Assembly: GCF_009914755.1 (NCBI RefSeq)
Contig: NC_060935.1
Source of the DNA: the human T2T-CHM13v2.0 reference genome, Homo sapiens
Length of the DNA stretch: 64,000 nt
Strand: one strand, 5' to 3'
A model generated the notes under the pieces. It was not told the DNA's origin and did not search any database. It was given only the letters and a program-made list of their open reading frames with translations. The position numbers and the translations under genes are program-made. Below, piece by piece: positions 52,391 through 64,000 of this stretch (position 1 is the stretch's first letter; each line of letters starts with the position of its first letter).

Positions 52391-53464
52391 TAATTTGTTG
52401 GGAAAGAAAGTGAGGAGTGGTGCTTTTCATGGGTTAGAGAGATTGACAGGTCCAGACTTGCTCAACATTGAGTAAGAAACTCACAATGGTGAACTCTTGA
52501 ATGTCTGACGTAATCAAGTTTTTTTTTTTTAAGTCTGAGATTCTTGTATTCAAGAATAAAAATCTATTATAATTTTATATCTTACAAAATCAACAACTCT
52601 AAGGCTCAGAATTTATCTAACGCTTTTTCCCCCGGGAGCTCATTTTGTAGACATGATCTCATTCATTCTTGAGGAGCAGTCAGACATAAGTGTTATCATC
52701 ATCTCTGTTTCAGAGATGAGAAAACTGAGACTTAGCCTCATATACTAAGAAGGGAAACATTTGTAGACTCATAGGTTGCTGGTTATCCATTAAACTGTGA
52801 GAGACTACACTTAATTTTAAGCTTTTGATACATTCTAAACAGGCTGTTGTTGCCAAATTTACCTAACGCTTGGTAAGATTTTATAAAGGTTGGCTGAAGA
52901 TCAAGACACGCTAAAACAGATTTTTGTTTTTTGTTTTTTTTTTTTTTTGCTTCCTTAATATTTCTTTACTCTTTTCCTTGTTACATTTATCTAATTGCAC
53001 TTCACTATTGAGAACATGTTCAAGATTTGATGTGACAGAAGGGGATGGAAAGGACAGAAGTGGTTTTTACCAACCCTGACATATTCCTTTTCCTTTTGAA
53101 CTTGGATAGATAAAACAGGAGGAAAAGGATAGCTCTTATTATTAGAGATCCTGGGAGCTGGCTCATTCTCTGGCTGAGTGGTACATAACTGCTTTTATTC
53201 AGCAGCCCATGAGAGCTAACCTGCCTTGTACCTGGCTGGCTTAAAATGCTTGAACTGTTACAATTCCTCATTGAGTAATCAGCTGGGCACTTACTGTTCC
53301 AACTCTGTCCTTCTGGGTTACCACACATCTTTCATCTTCTCAGCTGGGAACACAAGGAGAGTTGTCTCCCTATAGTGGTATAGTGGAATTTGGCTGGAAT
53401 GGGAAGAGGGGATACTGTATTTTTTCTTGAGTAGACTTTATGGCTAGCCATTTAATACATTCTG

Positions 53465-54823
<1,359 letters not shown>

Positions 54824-54826
54824 CTA

Positions 54827-54961
<135 letters not shown>

Positions 54962-55361
54962 CTATCTCAAAACAAATGCTCCACACACCAGTGGTAATAT
55001 GAAATTGAAGTTTTTTAAACTCCATCTTCCCCTTTACTTCCCTCTTCTCTTTCCTGACACCCCTTCTGGCCTCCTTACCCATCGTTGGCCACTTAGCATA
55101 GTATAATCCCCTGCTGCCTTGACTTTCTACTTTTTCTTTCTTATCAGTCTCCAGGCTTGGGTAATCACCATTATTATTATTTTTTCATTCTTATTTCCAA
55201 GCTGCCAAGTGTTACTTGTGTAAATCATAAAACTGAATGTTGGGTACGCTATAAATTTAAGGAGAATTTCTAACTTCTTGGGGTTGTTCAGTACTCTTAT
55301 CTTGTTTATTCTTTTATATAATTCTCATAGTGTATATTTCAAATTACCTGACACTCAATAA

Positions 55362-55622
<261 letters not shown>

Positions 55623-55713
55623 TAATCCCAGCACTTTGGAAGGCCAAGGTGGGCGGATCATGAGGTCAGGAGATTGAGACCATCCTGGCTAACATGGTGA
55701 AACCCCGTCTCTA

Positions 55714-56145
55714 CTGCAATAGAATGTGGCTGCCATGCTGGCTTTGCAACTTCAAGAGATCCTCTGCACCCTTACACTTCTCAGCCAATTTGTGGAAGAA
55801 GTGGCCAGTGCCTTCCAGTGCCACATCATTGTGGTCAAAATAGAAGCCCAGAATGAGAGAGATGTAGGAGGCCTACAGATACAAATTGACCAGGCGATTG
55901 ACAGCTGCCTCCAACTCGATGAAATAATTCTGATGAGTCTAGTTGGCAAGAAGGAGCTAACCACAAAAACAGTGTTGGCTGGTCTCAGAAGCAGGAGATG
56001 GCCGAGAAGATGGTCCTGGAGGTTGCAAGTGGAGAGGACAGTGGAGGGCAGTTGGAGGCTGGAAGAGAGGGAGTCCCTGGGTTTGTTCCATCCAAATACT
56101 ATTGAAGCAAGAGACAGATGGGTGGGACTGTCAAATGCACTGCCA
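55714..56145 (-). pseudogene. FTLP6: FTL (ferritin light chain) processed pseudogene, 5' part only (likely FTLP6)
   Basis: Reverse complement matches the FTL 5' UTR (tctgtctcttgcttcaa..., ttttgtggttagctccttcttgccaac) and degenerate QNY..EAAVN.LVNLYL.ASY..LGFYFD..DVALEG..HFF; the ATG region is deleted. Confidence 0.92.
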
Positions 56146-56432
56146 GAACATCCATGAACAGCTCATGGTTCAAGAAGTAATTTCAACTTTTAAGGCTTAT
56201 TATTTAGGAAATACATTTTATAAGACTATAGCTGCCATAGATAGTGAGTAGAGTCAATTAAAAACCTTCTGGAAAGGAGTCACCATTCTAGATGCCATTA
56301 AGAGCATTCGTCATTCATAGGAGGAGGTCAAAACATCAACGTTAACAGGAGTTTGGAAGAAATTGATTCCAACCCTTATGGATGACTTTGAGGGGTTCAG
56401 TACTTAAGTGGAAGAGTTAACTGTAAATGTGG
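56146..56432 (+). mobile_element. Tigger1 transposase fragment
   Basis: aaaaccttctggaaagga.tcaccattctagatgccattaag ... atggatgactttgaggggttca. Confidence 0.88.
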
Positions 56433-56454
56433 CCCGGCCAGTAAGTGGTATTTT

Positions 56455-61030
<4,576 letters not shown>

Positions 61031-61307
61031 TAGGCCAGGCACAGTGGCTTATGCTAGTAATCCCAGCACTTTGGGAGGCCAAGACGGGAGGACCACTTGA
61101 CTCTGGTAGTAGAAGACCAGCCTGGGCAGCATGGCAAGACCCAGTCTCTACAAAAAAATACAAAAATTAGCTGGGCATGGTGGTGTGCAGCTGTAGTGTC
61201 CCAGCTTCTTGGGAGCCTGGGACAGAAGGATAGTTTGGCCCCAAGAGGTGGAGGCTACACTAAGCCAGAATCATGCCCATCATGTTTTTTTAATACTGTT
61301 GTAATCA

Positions 61308-61390
61308 CTATATCTATATATCTATATCTATATATCTATATCTATATATATCTATATATCTATATCTATATATCTATATCTATATCTATA
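61308..61390. repeat. (TATATC)n microsatellite
   Basis: Direct reading. Confidence 0.95.
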
Positions 61391-61824
61391 ATGTTGTCCT
61401 ATGTCTTTTTTTACTTAACATAAGCATTTTTCATGTTATGACATAGTCTTCTAGTCATTATTTTAATGGCTAAATTATCCATCAAGATGTATCATAAATT
61501 AGCCATTTTTCTATTAATAGACATTTAGGTTTATTCTTTTTTTTCCCCCATTATTATGAATAGCAGGATAGTTTAGTGTCTAGGAGATTATACTGTGTGT
61601 TCTTGAACAAGTTTTTGATCTTTTGAAAGCACCTACCTCATAAAATTGTTTTGAGGATTAAGTGAAGTAATACGTATAATGCATGTAGCACAGTGGTTAT
61701 TCTGAATACACAGTTCTCAATAAGTGCTAATTAATATCACTGGAATGAATATCTTAATGCATATAGCTCTTTACTATATTGAAAATTTTAGGATTAATTT
61801 TATGAGATAGAATTAACTTGATCA

Positions 61825-62162
<338 letters not shown>

Positions 62163-62850
62163 CTAACATTTGTAGCAAAGTTACCAACTTCACCGTACTT
62201 TGCCAGCATTGGGAATTTCAATTACTTAAAATATTTAAGCTAATTTACAAGTTAATGAGATGGTTAAAAGTTTTAATTATATTTCTCTGAACCTTTTAAT
62301 AAGTGTTTACCACCTCTATTTTCTGTTTTCTGAACTTTGTGTCTTTTTCTTTTCTTTCTTTTTTTTTTTTTTTAAGAGACAGTCTCAAACTCCTGGGCTC
62401 AAGTGATTCTCCTGCCTCAGCCTCCCAAATTGCTGGGATTACAGACTTGAGCCACTGCACCCAGCCTTCTCCATGTCTTTAGGGACAAACTTCTAGGATG
62501 AAATTTAGGATGAATTAAGTCATTAGCTTGACACCATGATGTACAAATCCCTGAATTTCAGTTTCATTGTTAAAATGCCATTGTTTCAAGATGCTCAGTT
62601 GGCTATGGAAAGATAGGTCATCTATCCCAGCTACTCAGGGGGATCTTTTGAGCCCAAGAGGTCAAGGCTACAGTGAGCTGCGATCACAGCACTGCACTCT
62701 AGCCCGGGCAACAAAGTGAGACTGTCTCCAAAAATAAAATATAAAATTTATATGGAAAGAAAAACCCAGAATAGCCAACGCCATATTGAAGAGTAAAGTC
62801 AGGGGACTGGCACTACCTGACTTCAAGACTTATAAAGCTACAGTAGTTAG

Positions 62851-64000
<1,150 letters not shown>

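Noticed and set aside
55726-56157. 143-aa plus-strand ORF
   Set aside because: Antisense shadow of the FTL pseudogene, starting at GTG

Overview
Human (primate) genomic DNA, very Alu-rich, recognisable as the head-to-head SPTBN2 / C11orf80 (TOP6BL) locus on 11q13.2; the assignment is from recognising the encoded peptides, not from a search. Minus strand: the 5' end of SPTBN2 (beta-III spectrin), with coding exons 5334-5490 and 80-231, a non-coding exon 5600-5690, and candidate first exons in CpG islands at about 12-13.6 kb and about 28.9 kb. Plus strand: TOP6BL exons 1-3 (28992/29139-29168, 32633-32771, 43306-43359), with the (GCG)8 FRA11A repeat in exon 1. The long intron that follows holds antisense C1QBP and FTL retrocopies, Tigger1, MaLR LTRs and an L1. 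Most long ORFs in the track are Alu or GC-rich artefacts. Best leads: (1) an alternative first coding exon of SPTBN2 (2693-2870) ending in LEGRFKQLQ, paralogous to the beta-II spectrin ELF N-terminus and splicing in frame to CH1; (2) a frame-preserving, stop-free 153-nt Alu exon in TOP6BL; (3) an FTL retrocopy whose IRE loop changed CAGUGU to UAGUAU, keeping the 1-5 pair; (4) two independent non-Alu inverted duplications with spacers of about 1 kb; (5) a 5'-truncated AluYb8 with TSD.
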